A stretch of 64,000 nucleotides of DNA, taken from Limimaricola sp. (GTDB lineage: Bacteria > Pseudomonadota > Alphaproteobacteria > Rhodobacterales > Rhodobacteraceae). Positions 8,011-17,875 of this stretch are shown here, piece by piece; position 1 is the first letter of the stretch, and each line of letters starts with the position of its first letter. Under the pieces are notes generated by a model. That model searched no databases. It saw only the letters and a program-made list of their open reading frames with translations, and was not told the DNA's origin. A program made the translations under genes and the position numbers. The stretch lies in NCBI RefSeq assembly GCF_016125575.1, contig NZ_WGLM01000001.1, forward strand, positions 201,128 through 265,127, written 5' to 3'.

Positions 8011-9608
8011 TCCGCAATCCGGTCCTGCCGGGGTTCAACCCCGACCCGTCCTTCTGCCGCGTAGGCGAGGATTACTACCTCGCGACCTCGACCTTCGAGT
8101 GGTATCCGGGCGTGCAGATCTTTCATTCGCGCGACCTGGTGAACTGGCGGCTGGTGGCGCGGCCGCTGAACCGGGCGGCCCTTCTGGACATGCGCGGTAA
8201 TCCTGACAGTTGCGGCATCTGGGCACCCTGCCTGAGCCATGACGGCACCGCGTTCTGGCTGGTCTATACCGACGTCAAGCGGCTGGATGGCGCGTTCAAG
8301 GACGCGCATAACTACATCACCCGTTGCGAGACGGTGGACGGGGTCTGGTCGGACCCGTGGTATGTCAATTCCAGCGGCTTCGACCCCTCGCTGTTCCACG
8401 ACGATGACGGGCGCAAGTGGTTCGTCAACATGCGCTGGAACCATCGCGGCAAGGGGTCGGGGGCGAACCCCGCGCATGATGCCTTCGACGGCATCCTGTT
8501 GCAGGAATGGTCGCCCGAACGGGGGCTGATCGGGCCGGTGACCAACATCTTCAACGGCAGTCCGCGCGGGCTGACCGAGGCGCCGCACCTCTTCAAGCGG
8601 GAGGGCTATTACTACCTGACCACCGCCGAGGGCGGCACCGGTTATGACCACGCGGTTACGCTGGCGCGCTCGCGCGACATTCGCGGGCCTTACGAGGTGC
8701 ACCCCGAGGCGCATGTCATCTGTGCTGCGGGCAGTGACGGGCCGATCCAGCGCACCGGGCATGGCCAATATGTCGAGACGCATTGGGGCCGGCATTACCA
8801 TTCCTTCCTGATGGGGCGGCCGCTGCCGGGGCCGGATGGCAAGCCGTTCTGCGCCACGGGGCGCGAAAGCGGGCTGGAAGAGGTGGTCTGGCGCGATGGC
8901 TGGCTTTACCTTGCCGCGGGCGGTCAGGTGCCGCGGGCCGCGGTGCCCGCGCCGGTGGATATCGTACCCGCCCCGCGCGGGCCGGTGCGGCGGCAGTTTT
9001 CGGGCGCGCTGCCGGACGAGTTTCAGTGGCTGCGCACCCCCGAGCCTGACCGCATCTTTCGCATGGAGCCGGACGCGCTGGTGCTGATCGGGCGCGAAAG
9101 CATCGGCTCGTGGTTCGAACAGGCGCTGGTCGCCCGGCGGCAGGAGGACCAAGTCTATACGGCGGAAACCACGGTGGATTTCACGCCCGAGACTTACCAG
9201 CAGGCGGCAGGGCTGACGACCTATTACAACCGGCACAAGTTTCACGCGACGCTGGTGACGCACGAGGCCGGGACGGGACGGGTGCTGGTGGTCATGTCCT
9301 GCGCGGGCGACTGGCCGGGCGAGCGGCTGACATGGCCCGCGGCACCCGTGCCGCTGGAGGACGGGCCGGTCGAGGTGCGGGTGACGGTTAATGGCGCGCG
9401 GCAGCAGTTCTGGTGGCGGCAGGGCGGCGACTGGCAGGCTCTGGGGCCGGAGCTGGACGCAAGCGTGGTCTCGGACGAGGGCGGAAAGGGCGAACACGCC
9501 TCGTTCACCGGGGCCTTCGTGGGCATGGTCGCGTTCGACGTGACGGGGCAGGCGGCCGAGGCGCGGTTTGCGCGTTTCGACTATCTTCCAGCGGACGGTG
9601 GCGCATGA
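8007..9608 (+). CDS. Glycoside hydrolase family 43 (beta-xylosidase/alpha-L-arabinofuranosidase type)
   Basis: [47 protein letters not shown] is the typical GH43 N-terminus. It has a C-terminal beta-sandwich and no signal peptide. Confidence 0.9.
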   Translation: [533 protein letters not shown]

Positions 9609-10423
9609 TCAGCGAACTTTGCACCGCGAATCGTGAGGGCGACGTGCGCGTTGTCCTGCGCCACGAGGGACGGATCGAGGCGCCGAACTGGCACCCGGAG
9701 GGCTACCTGATCGTCAATGGCGACGGGCTGCTTTACCGCGTCCCGCTGGACGCGCCGCGGCTGGATCGGATCGACACCGGCTTTGCCACGGGGTGCAACA
9801 ACGATCACGGCCTTTCGCCGGACGGTGCGTGGCTGGCGATCTCGGACAAGACCGAGACGGGCGCGTCCTGCATCTACATCCTGCCCGTCGGCGGCGGGGT
9901 GCCGCGGCGGGTGACGCCGAAGGTGCCCAGCTGGTTTCATGGCTGGTCGCCCGACGGGGCGCGGCTGGCCTATGTCGGCGCGCGCGACGGCGGGCCGATC
10001 CTGCTTTACAACTGCGCGCTGGACGGGTCGGACGAGCGGCTTCTGACGCCGGGCTTCGACCATGTCGACGGGCCGGATTACACGCCGGACGGCCAGTGGA
10101 TCTGGTTTAACGGCGAAAAGGACGGCGCGGTAGACCTTTGGCGCGTGCGGCCCGATGGCCGCGACATGGAACGGATGACCGAGGGCGCGGAGGTGGACTG
10201 GTTCCCGCACCCTGCGCCGCTGGGCGATGACGTGCTGTGGCTGGCCTTTCCGCCGGGCACGAAAGGGCATCCGGCGGACCTGCAGGTGCGGCTGCGGCTG
10301 ATGCCGGCGGCAGGTGGGACCGCGCGCGATATCCTGACGCTCTTTGGTGGGCAGGGCAGCCTCAACGTGCCATGCTGGGCGCCGGACGGGTCGCGTTTCG
10401 CCTTCATGCGTTACGTGCCTTGA
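9605..10423 (+). CDS. TolB-like beta-propeller repeat protein
   Basis: Repeated SPDG/TPDG/APDG propeller blades. The ATG overlaps the GH43 stop (ATGA). Confidence 0.7.
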   Translation: MISELCTANREGDVRVVLRHEGRIEAPNWHPEGYLIVNGDGLLYRVPLDAPRLDRIDTGFATGCNNDHGLSPDGAWLAISDKTETGASCIYILPVGGGVPRRVTPKVPSWFHGWSPDGARLAYVGARDGGPILLYNCALDGSDERLLTPGFDHVDGPDYTPDGQWIWFNGEKDGAVDLWRVRPDGRDMERMTEGAEVDWFPHPAPLGDDVLWLAFPPGTKGHPADLQVRLRLMPAAGGTARDILTLFGGQGSLNVPCWAPDGSRFAFMRYVP

Positions 10424-10438
10424 AACGAAGGGACGGAC

Positions 10439-11056
10439 GTGGTGCAGGGATTTCCGCAGGCGGGCCGCGGGCAGGTCGTGGGCCTACTGGGGGGATCGTT
10501 CGATCCGCCACATGACGGGCATGTCCACATCACCCGCGAGGCGCTGAAACGGTTCGGCCTTGACCGGGTCTGGTGGATGGTCAGTCCGGGCAATCCGCTG
10601 AAACCGCGAGGGCCGGCGCCACTTGCCGCGCGGCTTGCCGCGGCGCGCGCGATGATGCGTCATCCGCGTGTCACGGTCACCGATATCGAGGCGCGGCTGG
10701 GCACGCGATTTACCGCCGAGACCATTGCCGCACTGCAGGCGCATTATCCGGGCGTTCGTTTTGTCTGGCTGATGGGGGCCGATAACCTGGTGCAGTTTCA
10801 CCGCTGGCAGCACTGGCGCGAGATCATGCAGCGGGTGCCGGTGGGCGTGTTGGCGCGGCCGGGCGAGCGGATCTCGGCGCGGCTGTCCAAGGCTGCGCGG
10901 GTTTACAGGCGTGACCGGCTGAGCGGGGCGGACCTGCGCAAGCTTGGCCGAGCCTCGGCGCCGGCATGGGCCTATGTCGATCTGCCGCTTTCGGACATGT
11001 CCTCCAGCGCGATCCGTGCTGCGGGCCGCTGGGTGCCACCGCAGGGCGCACCGTGA
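10439..11056 (+). CDS. nadD: Nicotinate-nucleotide adenylyltransferase
   Basis: [17 protein letters not shown] is the (H/T)xGH nucleotidyltransferase motif. GTG start. Confidence 0.9.
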   Translation: MVQGFPQAGRGQVVGLLGGSFDPPHDGHVHITREALKRFGLDRVWWMVSPGNPLKPRGPAPLAARLAAARAMMRHPRVTVTDIEARLGTRFTAETIAALQAHYPGVRFVWLMGADNLVQFHRWQHWREIMQRVPVGVLARPGERISARLSKAARVYRRDRLSGADLRKLGRASAPAWAYVDLPLSDMSSSAIRAAGRWVPPQGAP

Positions 11057-11143
11057 TTTGCTTACCGGCCGGCGGGCAAGCCGTTGCCGCGTTTGTGGAA
11101 ACCACGCTAGGATGCGGATGGATCGGATGATTTGCGAGTGGGA

Positions 11144-12634
11144 ATGGCGGGGATGCTGACACGGCGCGCAGCCCTTGCGGGGCTGCTGGCCACGGCTGCA
11201 GGTGCGGCCGCGCCGGTCTGGGCCGATGCACCGCTGCGCTCGATCCGGCCGCGGGCGCGCGATCCGGTCTATGGTGCCCCAGCGCTTGGTCCCGATATTG
11301 CGCAGGCGGTTGCGGCGGCCGGCCTAGCCGGCAAGGTCGGGGTGATGCTGGAGGGGCTTGGCACCGGCGGGACACTGGGCAGCCTTGATCCTGATACCGC
11401 CCGCCCGCCGGCCAGCGTGGCCAAGACGGTGACAACACTTTACGCGCTTGATGCGCTGGGCGCGGCGGCCCGCTTTGCCACGACGCTGATCGCGACCGGG
11501 CCGGTCGAGGGCGGCGTCCTACAGGGCGACCTGATCCTTGCGGGTGGGGGTGATCCGACGCTTAACACCGATGATCTTGCCGCGATGGCCGCCGATCTGA
11601 AGGCCGCGGGCGTGCGGCAGGTCAGGGGGCGCTTCGGCTATTGGGAGGGGGCGCTGCCCGCCCGCGCGGCGATCGACGACGGCCAGTTGCCGCAACTCAG
11701 CTACAATCCGGCCCTGTCGGGACTTAACCTCAACTTCAACCGCGTTTATTTCTCGTGGAACCGTAGCGGTTCGCGCTTTGCGCTGACGCTGGATGCGCGC
11801 AGCGACAGGCTGCGCCCGCAGGTCAACATGGCAAGAATCGACGTGGTCGATGCCGGCTGGCCCCCCTACACCTATCGTCAGGAGGGCGGGGTGGAGCGAT
11901 GGACGATCGCGCGCGCATCGCTCAGCAACAGCGGGGGGCGTTGGCTTCCGGTGCGCGAGCCGGGCGCGTATGCGGCGGACGTGTTTAGAACATTGGCCCA
12001 TGCGCAGGGGATCACGCTGGGCGCGCCAGTGTCGATGCGCAATCGGCCACAGGGCACGGCCCTTGTTACCCATCAAAGTGCGCCTTTGACGCAGATCCTT
12101 CACGACATGCTGAAATATTCGACCAACGTCACCGCCGAACTGGTTGGGCTGTCGGCGAGCGTGGCGCGCAACGGGCGCATCGGCTCGACCGAGGAGTCGG
12201 CGGCGGCGATGACGGCATGGCTCGCCTCGGCCCTTGGCGTGAGCGCGCATTTTGTTGACCATTCGGGGCTGGGCGCGGCCTCGCGCATTTCGCCCAGTGG
12301 GATGGTCGCGGTGCTGAGCGGGCAGGGCGTGGCCGACAAGCTGACGCCGCTGCTCAAGCCGATCACGCTGCTTGACGAGCGCGGGCGCGCCTTGAGCCAG
12401 CAGCCGGCACGCGTTCTGGCCAAGACCGGCACGTTGAATTACGTCAGCAACCTTGCCGGCTACATGCAGACCTCGCGCGGCAAATCGATGGCCTTTGCGA
12501 TTTTCTCGGCCGATATGCAGGCGCGCGCGGCGCTGGGCGAAAGCGACAACGAGGTGCCGCCGGGCGTGCGCAGCTGGACCGGGCGGGCCCGACGACTGGA
12601 GCAGACGCTTCTGCGGGGCTGGAGCGCGCTTTAA
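11144..12634 (+). CDS. dacB: D-alanyl-D-alanine carboxypeptidase/endopeptidase (PBP4, peptidase S13)
   Basis: Tat-like signal MAGMLTRRAALAGLLATAAGAAAPVWA. SVAKT matches the SxxK active site and KTGT matches the KTG box. Confidence 0.85.
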   Translation: MAGMLTRRAALAGLLATAAGAAAPVWADAPLRSIRPRARDPVYGAPALGPDIAQAVAAAGLAGKVGVMLEGLGTGGTLGSLDPDTARPPASVAKTVTTLYALDALGAAARFATTLIATGPVEGGVLQGDLILAGGGDPTLNTDDLAAMAADLKAAGVRQVRGRFGYWEGALPARAAIDDGQLPQLSYNPALSGLNLNFNRVYFSWNRSGSRFALTLDARSDRLRPQVNMARIDVVDAGWPPYTYRQEGGVERWTIARASLSNSGGRWLPVREPGAYAADVFRTLAHAQGITLGAPVSMRNRPQGTALVTHQSAPLTQILHDMLKYSTNVTAELVGLSASVARNGRIGSTEESAAAMTAWLASALGVSAHFVDHSGLGAASRISPSGMVAVLSGQGVADKLTPLLKPITLLDERGRALSQQPARVLAKTGTLNYVSNLAGYMQTSRGKSMAFAIFSADMQARAALGESDNEVPPGVRSWTGRARRLEQTLLRGWSAL

Positions 12635-13050
12635 AGCGTCATGTGCCGGGCGCGGGCGCCGCGTTCGATCGCCGCCGCGCTGAGCCGGTCGATGGCCAGT
12701 TCATCGCGGATTTCCTCGAGCATCCGGTTCTCGGCCGCGGTGACGTTGCCATCGGCGGCGGCGACATCGCAGGCAAAGGCATAGGCCGTCTCGTTCAGCT
12801 TGGCAGGAAGCGCGTCGCGCACGAGGCCGAACAGGGCATCCAGCCCGTCTTCCTGTTCCAGCAGGTCGAAGACCATCTTGGAGACACGGGTCACGCGCGC
12901 CATGTCGTAGCTGGCAAAGATCGGCAGGTTGTTCATCTGGTTGGTGATTTCCAGAAGCTCGGCGGTGCGGATGTCCTCGTCCGAGGCGGAGACCGCGATC
13001 ATCAGCGCGACGAGCGCGTCCTGCGGGGTCATGGGAGAGTCTTCGATCAT
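12631..13050 (-). CDS. TerB-family (tellurite-resistance-like) protein
   Basis: MIEDSPMTPQDALVALMIAVSASDEDIRTAELLEI...AADGNVTAAENRMLEEI is the TerB repeat pattern. Uses an internal ATG of the track ORF. Confidence 0.75.
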   Translation of the reverse strand: MIEDSPMTPQDALVALMIAVSASDEDIRTAELLEITNQMNNLPIFASYDMARVTRVSKMVFDLLEQEDGLDALFGLVRDALPAKLNETAYAFACDVAAADGNVTAAENRMLEEIRDELAIDRLSAAAIERGARARHMTL

Positions 13051-13162
13051 GTGGCGGTTCCTTTCGGCCTGACCCATTTATTGACGCCATGCCCCCCTCG
13101 CAATAGGGAGTGCGCGGGGTTGCGCCGCGGGGGTGCGGCCCGGCAAGGATGCGAGACGAACA

Positions 13163-14743
13163 ATGTCCGAACTGCGCAAGCTGGCGATGGAGAGCAAGGC
13201 CTGGCCCTTTGAAGAGGCGCGGGCGCTGCTGAAACGCTATGAAAAAGCGCCCCCCGCCAAGGGCTACGTGCTGTTCGAGACGGGTTACGGCCCCTCGGGC
13301 CTGCCCCATATCGGCACGTTCGGCGAGGTCAGCCGTACCACGATGATCCGCCGCGCCTTCGAGGTGATCTCGGACATCCCGACGCGGCTGATCTGTTTCT
13401 CGGACGACCTCGACGGGATGCGCAAGGTGCCCGACAACGTGCCGCAGCGCGACATGCTGATCGAGAACCTGCAGCGCCCGCTGACCTCGGTGCCCGATCC
13501 GTTCGGGCAATATCCCAGCTTCGGCGACCACAACAACGCGATGCTGCGGCGGTTCCTCGATACCTTCGGGTTCGAGTATGAATTCTACTCGGCGACCGAG
13601 TTCTACCGCTCGGGCCGGTTCGACGACACGCTGCGCCTTGCCGCCGAACGCTATGACGCGATCATGAAGATCATGCTGGCCAGCCTGCGCGAGGAACGCC
13701 AGCAGACCTATTCCTGCTTTCTGCCGATCCACCCCGAGACGGGGCGCGTCCTTTACGTGCCGATGAAGCATGTCGATGCGAAGGAACACACCATCACCTT
13801 CGACGACGAGGAAGGGCGCGAATGGACGCTGCCCGTCACCGGCGGCAACGTGAAGCTGCAATGGAAGCCTGATTTCGGCGCGCGCTGGGCCGCGCTGGGC
13901 GTCGATTTCGAGATGTATGGCAAGGACCATTCGACCAACACGCCGATCTACGATGGCATCTGCGAGGTTCTTGGCGGCAACAAGCCCAACCATTTCACCT
14001 ACGAGCTGTTCCTTGACGACAAGGGCCAGAAGATTTCGAAGTCGAAGGGCAACGGCCTGACCATCGACGAATGGCTGACCTATGCCGCGACCGAAAGCCT
14101 GTCGTATTTCATGTATCAAAAGCCCAAGACCGCCAAGCGGATGCATTTTGACGTGATCCCCAAGGCGGTGGACGAGTATCACCAGCAGCTGCGCGCCTAT
14201 CCGGGGCAGGACACCGCCGCGCAACTGGCCAACCCGGTGTTTCACATCCACGGCGGGCAGGTGCCGGCCTCGCACATGGTGGTGCCCTTCGCGATGCTGC
14301 TGAACCTCGCCTCGGTGGCCCATGCCGCCGACAAGGAGGTGCTTTGGGGCTTCATCCGCCGTTACGCGCCCGAGGCCAGCCCTGAAACCCATGCCGACCT
14401 CGACCAGGCGGCGGGGTTCGCGGTGCGCTACTACAACGACTTCGTGAAGCCCACCAAGACCTTCCGCGCGCCTACCGAGGCCGAGCGCGCGGCGCTGGAG
14501 GACCTGCTGGCGCGGCTGAAGGCCTGGGACGCCCCCGCCGAGGGCGAGGCGCTGCAGACGATGGTCTTTGCGGTGGGCACCGAACACGGGTTCCAGCCGC
14601 TGCGCGACTGGTTCACCGCGCTTTACCAGGTGCTGCTTGGCGCCGACCAGGGGCCGCGTTTCGGCTCGTTCATCGCGCTTTATGGCGTGGCCGAGACGGT
14701 ACAGCTGATCGAGGACGGGTTGGCCGGGCGGCTGGCCGCCTGA
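13163..14743 (+). CDS. lysK: Lysine--tRNA ligase, class I
   Basis: [19 protein letters not shown]...[16 protein letters not shown] is the class I HIGH-type motif, and KISKSKGNG is the KMSKS-type motif. Confidence 0.95.
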   Translation: MSELRKLAMESKAWPFEEARALLKRYEKAPPAKGYVLFETGYGPSGLPHIGTFGEVSRTTMIRRAFEVISDIPTRLICFSDDLDGMRKVPDNVPQRDMLIENLQRPLTSVPDPFGQYPSFGDHNNAMLRRFLDTFGFEYEFYSATEFYRSGRFDDTLRLAAERYDAIMKIMLASLREERQQTYSCFLPIHPETGRVLYVPMKHVDAKEHTITFDDEEGREWTLPVTGGNVKLQWKPDFGARWAALGVDFEMYGKDHSTNTPIYDGICEVLGGNKPNHFTYELFLDDKGQKISKSKGNGLTIDEWLTYAATESLSYFMYQKPKTAKRMHFDVIPKAVDEYHQQLRAYPGQDTAAQLANPVFHIHGGQVPASHMVVPFAMLLNLASVAHAADKEVLWGFIRRYAPEASPETHADLDQAAGFAVRYYNDFVKPTKTFRAPTEAERAALEDLLARLKAWDAPAEGEALQTMVFAVGTEHGFQPLRDWFTALYQVLLGADQGPRFGSFIALYGVAETVQLIEDGLAGRLAA

Positions 14744-14809
14744 GGTTTTTGAAACTTTCGGGCCTCCCGCTACGTATCTTCGTCAGGTCAACCCCGACGG
14801 AGTTGCAAG

Positions 14810-15214
14810 ATGTTCAGGATCGTCGCGATCTGTTTCGCCCTGACGACGGCAGCCCTGCCGGCCCGCGCGCAGGATGCGGGCGCCATCGAGGCCGTCATCA
14901 CCAGCCAATTGCAGGCATTCAACGCCCATGACGTGGGCAAGGCCTGGGGCTATGCCAGCCCCGGCATCCAGCGGTTCTTCCACACGCCCGACAATTTCGG
15001 GTCGATGGTGGAAAACGGCTATCCGATGGTCTGGACCAACCGTGACGCGAAGTTCCTTGAACTGCGCGAGATCGAAGGCGCGCCCTGGCAGAAGGTGATG
15101 GTGCGCGGTCCGGATGGCGGGTTATGGATCCTCGACTACAAGATGATCGAGACCGATGGCGGCTGGAAGATCGACGCCGTTTCGATCCTGCCCGCGCCCG
15201 ACGTCGGCGCCTGA
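14810..15214 (+). CDS. DUF4864-like secreted protein
   Basis: Signal peptide MFRIVAICFALTTAALPARA|QD. SnoaL/NTF2-like size and pattern (AIEAVITSQLQAFNAHDVGKAW). Confidence 0.7.
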   Translation: MFRIVAICFALTTAALPARAQDAGAIEAVITSQLQAFNAHDVGKAWGYASPGIQRFFHTPDNFGSMVENGYPMVWTNRDAKFLELREIEGAPWQKVMVRGPDGGLWILDYKMIETDGGWKIDAVSILPAPDVGA

Positions 15215-15303
15215 GGCCCGGCCCTCCACCGTGACGGTGGCCTCAGGCCGCCTTTACGCCCCGTTGTTACCCCTTGCCCCCGTGACCGGCGCACCTTGCC
15301 GGA

Positions 15304-15358
15304 GGATGCGGGACAGGCCGGGCGGGTCCGGCGCGGACGGGAGAGCAGACCCGCATCC
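15304..15358 (+). other. Long-loop stem (9-bp perfect stem) in the leader of the beta-helix gene
   Basis: GGATGCGGG ...37 nt... CCCGCATCC, 36 nt upstream of ATG 15394. Confidence 0.3.
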
Positions 15359-15393
15359 GCGCCCATGGACCCGCCCCGCGGAAAGGGGATGTC

Positions 15394-17682
15394 ATGAACG
15401 TGGTGATTACCGATGGGCTGGTGCTGATGCCGGCGCCCTTCGCGGACGGGCTGACGGTGTGGTCGAGCGGCGATGGCACGCCGGGATCCGATACCTACGC
15501 CGTCTCTGGCACCGGGGCTTATGTTCCGGCCGATCAGGATTTCGCGGGCTGCCTTGAGATCACCAAGACCCAAAGCGTGACCAAGTTGCGCTACATGGGC
15601 CAGACGCCGGTGATGCCGGGGGTTTGCCTGCGCATCCGCGCGCGGGTGAAGGCCGTGGCGGGGCCCTTTCCCGCGGTGCGCATCGCGGGCTGGGCCGGCA
15701 GCGCGGGCGGCGCCCATCTGGCCGGCGTGACCGAGACCGGGCCGAGCGTGCAACTGACCAGCTATGGCGAGGTCGTCGAGGTCAGCGCGATCGTCGGCAG
15801 CGGCCGGCGCGGCGGGGTGGACATGGTCTGGCCCGGTGCCACCTTCGGCCATTTCGGGCTGGACCTGACGGGGCCGAACGGCGCGGTCGTGCGCATCGAC
15901 GACATCGTCATCGAGGACATCACCGACGCCTTCCTGCGCGACATGCTGGCCGAGGTCGACGTGCGCGACTACGGCGCGGTGGGCGATGGGGTGACCGACG
16001 ATGCCGCCGCCTTTGCCGCGGCTGATGCGGCCGCCGCTGGCGCGGTCGTGCTGGTGCCGCGGGGCGGCTACTTCCTTGGCAGCAACGTGACCTTCGACAA
16101 TCGTGTGCGGTTCGAGGGCACGCTCACCATGCCCGCCGACAAGGTGCTCGTGCTGCAGAAGAACTTTGACTTCGTCAGTTACCTCGATGCTTTCGGCAAC
16201 GAGGAGCTGGCGTTCCGCAAGGCGTTTCAGGCGCTGATCACCTATGCCGATTACGAATCGCTCGACCTGTGCGGGCGGCGGATCGCGCTGAGCGGGCCGG
16301 TGGACATGCAGGCGGCCGTCGCGATCAAGACGACCTTTGCCACCCGCAAGGTCATTCGCAACGGCCAGTTCCAGCCGCTTGACGGCACCGCATGGAACAC
16401 CACCGTGGCCACCTCGCAGGCGACATATTCCACCTCCAGCCCGCTGAAGCTGACCGGCGTCGTGAACGCGGCCAACATCGCGCGGGGATCGCTGGTGACG
16501 GGCAACGGCGTGGGGCGCGAGATCTACGTGACCGACGTGGATGTCGCCACCTCGACGATCACGCTGTCGAACCCGCTGTTCGATGCCGCGGGCACGCAGG
16601 TGTTCACCTTCACGCGGTTCAAGTACCTGCTGGATTTCTCGGGCTTCGACAGCCTCAGCCAGTTCAATTTCACCGATGTCGAGTTCTACGGCGACGGGCT
16701 GGCCTCGGGCCTAATGCTGGCGCGCGACGGGATGATCTTTGCGCTGCAGAACTGCTTTATCACCAAGCCGAAGGACCGCGGCATCACCTCGATCGGCAAC
16801 GGCTGCCAGGGGATGCTGCTGGACCGCTGCCAGTTCATCTCGAACGAGCAGGGGCTGAAAGTGCAGGACCGCACCTCGATCGGGTTCAACGCCAATGCCA
16901 ACGACATCAAGATCCGCGATTGCCGCGTCGTGCGGTTCAAGCATTTCTGCGTCCTGGGCGGCACCGGCAACCTGATTGCGGGCAACCACTGGTTCGCCGA
17001 CGATTCCGAGCCCGACGGCGTGCGCAAGGGCGGCATCGTCATCACCACGCCCAACTGCAAGACGGTGATCACCGGGAACTACATCGACAACAACTTCGTC
17101 GAATGGACGAACGAGTATGAATCGGCCCCCGATTTCGCCAACCAGTATTCCTTCGGCGGCCTGACCCTGACCGGCAACATCTTCACCACCAACGATGTCG
17201 CGCCCTGGTTCAACTGGATCGTGGTCAAGCCCTATGGCGCGGGCCATTACATCCAGGGGTTGGCGGTGCAGGGCAACGTGTTCCGGTCGATCAACGGCAA
17301 CATCACCCGGGTCGAGGCTGTGGATACGACGTTCTCGGACCTCGATTACGGGCGGATGCGCAACATCACCTTCACCGGCAACACGTTCAATTCGGTGGTC
17401 GAACCGGTGCAGAACCCGGTGCTGCTGAGCCACGTCCAGTCCACCGCCGACCGCTACTGGGTGGTCGACAGCGGCACCTTCCTGCCCTTCAAGGGCAAGC
17501 TGCGCACGGTCGAGGCGGTGGTCCCTGACAGCAAGGTCGCCGATGCCGGCAACGTGGCGACTTATGAGCAGCCCTGGGTGCAGACAGAGTACGGCACCGC
17601 CGGGCGGCAGGCGCGGCTGGTCTGGAAGACGGCCTGCACCGGGTCGGTTCGGGTGCAGGCACGGATGGACGAGCCGACCTGA
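15394..17682 (+). CDS. Right-handed beta-helix (pectate-lyase-3 / GH28-related, tailspike- or depolymerase-like) protein with N-terminal jelly-roll-like domain
   Basis: 762 aa. VDVRDYGAVGDGVTDDAAAFAAA is the classic start of pectate_lyase_3/tailspike beta-helices. Downstream PbH1-like repeats follow (NCFITKP..., IRDCRVV..., GNHWF, TGNYIDNNF, TGNIFT, QGNVF, TGNTF). No N-terminal signal peptide is visible. Confidence 0.8.
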   Translation: MNVVITDGLVLMPAPFADGLTVWSSGDGTPGSDTYAVSGTGAYVPADQDFAGCLEITKTQSVTKLRYMGQTPVMPGVCLRIRARVKAVAGPFPAVRIAGWAGSAGGAHLAGVTETGPSVQLTSYGEVVEVSAIVGSGRRGGVDMVWPGATFGHFGLDLTGPNGAVVRIDDIVIEDITDAFLRDMLAEVDVRDYGAVGDGVTDDAAAFAAADAAAAGAVVLVPRGGYFLGSNVTFDNRVRFEGTLTMPADKVLVLQKNFDFVSYLDAFGNEELAFRKAFQALITYADYESLDLCGRRIALSGPVDMQAAVAIKTTFATRKVIRNGQFQPLDGTAWNTTVATSQATYSTSSPLKLTGVVNAANIARGSLVTGNGVGREIYVTDVDVATSTITLSNPLFDAAGTQVFTFTRFKYLLDFSGFDSLSQFNFTDVEFYGDGLASGLMLARDGMIFALQNCFITKPKDRGITSIGNGCQGMLLDRCQFISNEQGLKVQDRTSIGFNANANDIKIRDCRVVRFKHFCVLGGTGNLIAGNHWFADDSEPDGVRKGGIVITTPNCKTVITGNYIDNNFVEWTNEYESAPDFANQYSFGGLTLTGNIFTTNDVAPWFNWIVVKPYGAGHYIQGLAVQGNVFRSINGNITRVEAVDTTFSDLDYGRMRNITFTGNTFNSVVEPVQNPVLLSHVQSTADRYWVVDSGTFLPFKGKLRTVEAVVPDSKVADAGNVATYEQPWVQTEYGTAGRQARLVWKTACTGSVRVQARMDEPT

Positions 17683-17708
17683 CAGGGCACGGCCGCGGCA
17701 GAAAGAGG

Positions 17709-17737
17709 GGGGCGCCGGGGGAGACCCGCGGCGCCCC
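17709..17737 (+). terminator. Hairpin downstream of the beta-helix gene
   Basis: GGGGCGCCG-ggggagaccg-CGGCGCCCC followed by TT, 27 nt after the stop. Confidence 0.5.
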
Positions 17738-17875
17738 TTGCGCATGTGGCGCCCAAGAATTGGGCATTGTCCCCGGCAAAGGCGCATCGGCAGGCGCGAT
17801 GAGGGGGCCGGGGGTGGCACCTGCCGCGGCTTTCGTCAGTATGGGCTGGAAGATGCCTTGCCGGGCCGCGCCACG

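Noticed and set aside
12701-14587. 628-aa minus-strand ORF
   Set aside because: It is antisense to class I lysK and the terB region. It has no motifs and is a shadow ORF.
17815-17830. Possible sigma-54 promoter TGGCAC-N5-GCGG upstream of ureD
   Set aside because: The -24 element is perfect, but the -12 element (TTGC) is matched at only one of four positions. I see no NtrC-type enhancer. This is too weak to call without a matrix scan.
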